DNA of 58,206 nucleotides from a virus: IMG/VR virus record IMGVR_UViG_3300045988_060089; one strand, 5' to 3'. Shown piece by piece: positions 57,836 to 58,206 of this stretch (position 1 is its first letter; each line of letters starts with the position of its first letter). The notes under the pieces were generated by a model. It saw only the letters and a program-made list of their open reading frames with translations, ran no database searches and was not told where the DNA came from. The position numbers and the translations under genes were made by a program.

Positions 57836-58206
57836 TCTCCACCTCCACAAGTTCACCATTTTCCAATCTGTACCATGTATCCGGCTTCACTTTTTCACCG
57901 TCTACCCGGAACATCTTCGCACCGACAAACTCCCATGCTTCCTGCTCTGCTCTGTCGTATCTGTCATCCTCTTTACTGCCAATATATTTCCATTCAGCAA
58001 GAACGATATGGGAACCAATGACACCCATTGCTTTCCCTTTGTATCCCCATGCAACCGCAACGCTCTCGGAATCGTTGGCAGAGGATGCACCTTTGTAACC
58101 TGTGGCAGAGGATGCACCGCAGTTACCTGTGGCAGAGGATGCACCGTAGTCACCTGTGGCAGAGGATGCACCTTTGTAACCTGTGGCAGAGGATGCACCG
58201 CAGTTA
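57825..58206 (-). CDS. Repeat protein, 3-prime part (continuation of 1-510)
   Basis: In the repeat frame: ..GASSATGYKGASSANDSESVAVAWGYKGKAMGVIGSHIVLAEWKYIGSKEDDRYDRAEQEAWEFVGAKMFRVDGEKVKPDTWYRLENGELVEVENAD stop. Frame agrees with 1-510 when the 34-nt overlap is collapsed. Confidence 0.75.
   Translation of the reverse strand, partial: NCGASSATGYKGASSATGDYGASSATGNCGASSATGYKGASSANDSESVAVAWGYKGKAMGVIGSHIVLAEWKYIGSKEDDRYDRAEQEAWEFVGAKMFRVDGEKVKPDTWYRLENGELVEVENAD
58076..58206. repeat. 27-bp coding tandem repeat, ~4.9 units (same array as 1-162)
   Basis: Units start at 58092, 58119, 58146, 58173, with a partial unit at each end. Confidence 0.95.

Larger units (their letters stand above)
1..58206. 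mobile_element. Essentially complete temperate tailed-phage genome (siphovirus-type order); contig closes on itself
   Basis: Integrase+attP, repressors, recombination/replication, terminase, portal, capsid, tail, tape measure and lysin modules are all present. nt 58173-58206 equal nt 1-34 and one ORF crosses the edge in frame. Confidence 0.85.

Noticed and set aside
57902-58198. Track ORF translating the repeats as MHPLPQVTKVHPLPQVT...
   Set aside because: It is an off-frame reading of the 27-bp repeat. The frame giving GASSATGxx is continuous with conserved N- and C-terminal domains and with the SD-preceded start at 510.

Overview
The window is an essentially complete ~58.2 kb temperate tailed-phage genome with siphovirus-type gene order, from a low-GC Gram-positive (Clostridia-like) host. 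Strong GGAGG ribosome-binding sites and many ATGA/TAATG gene overlaps fit that host type. The contig closes on itself: nt 58173-58206 are identical to nt 1-34, and one gene built on a 27-bp coding tandem repeat runs in frame across the window edge.

Most genes are on the minus strand.
- Early operon (6191 down to 1, continuing 58206 down to 45544): antirepressor, SLT transglycosylase, a Spo0A C-domain-only protein, an SMC/Rad50-like ATPase, the repeat protein, RecT, an MBL-fold protein, a GIY-YIG nuclease, a replisome organizer, YopX, a Lar-like protein and three consecutive DNA methyltransferases.
- 45377-42391: Zn-finger/HTH protein, PAPS-reductase-like PP-loop enzyme, sigma region-4-like HTH and a tyrosine integrase. 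A putative attP follows at 42205-42389 (tRNA 3-prime-end-like core flanked by TTGACTACT arm repeats).
- 42078-38749: a terminator-insulated cargo block of seven unusual low-complexity proteins.
- 34160-38567 (plus strand): accessory and regulatory genes, including Rha and ORF6N antirepressor-type proteins and a DUF4352-like membrane protein.
- 32640-34160: a visibly GC-richer island with ribbon-helix-helix (RHH) proteins and four families of iterated DNA repeats.
- 32139-8216: packaging and morphogenesis (TerS candidate, four tRNAs, Zn-ribbon proteins, TerL, portal, scaffold, capsid, tail, tape measure, fibre). A holin-like pair and a GH25 lysin are embedded inside this operon.
- 6316-7844 (plus strand): two repressors.

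The most interesting candidates are the attP-adjacent cargo block (possible spore-surface-like morons), the omega-like heptad/iteron island with a predicted countertranscript, the anti-restriction island, and the repeat gene that crosses the window edge. All functional calls come from reading the sequence and recalling motifs; no searches were run.
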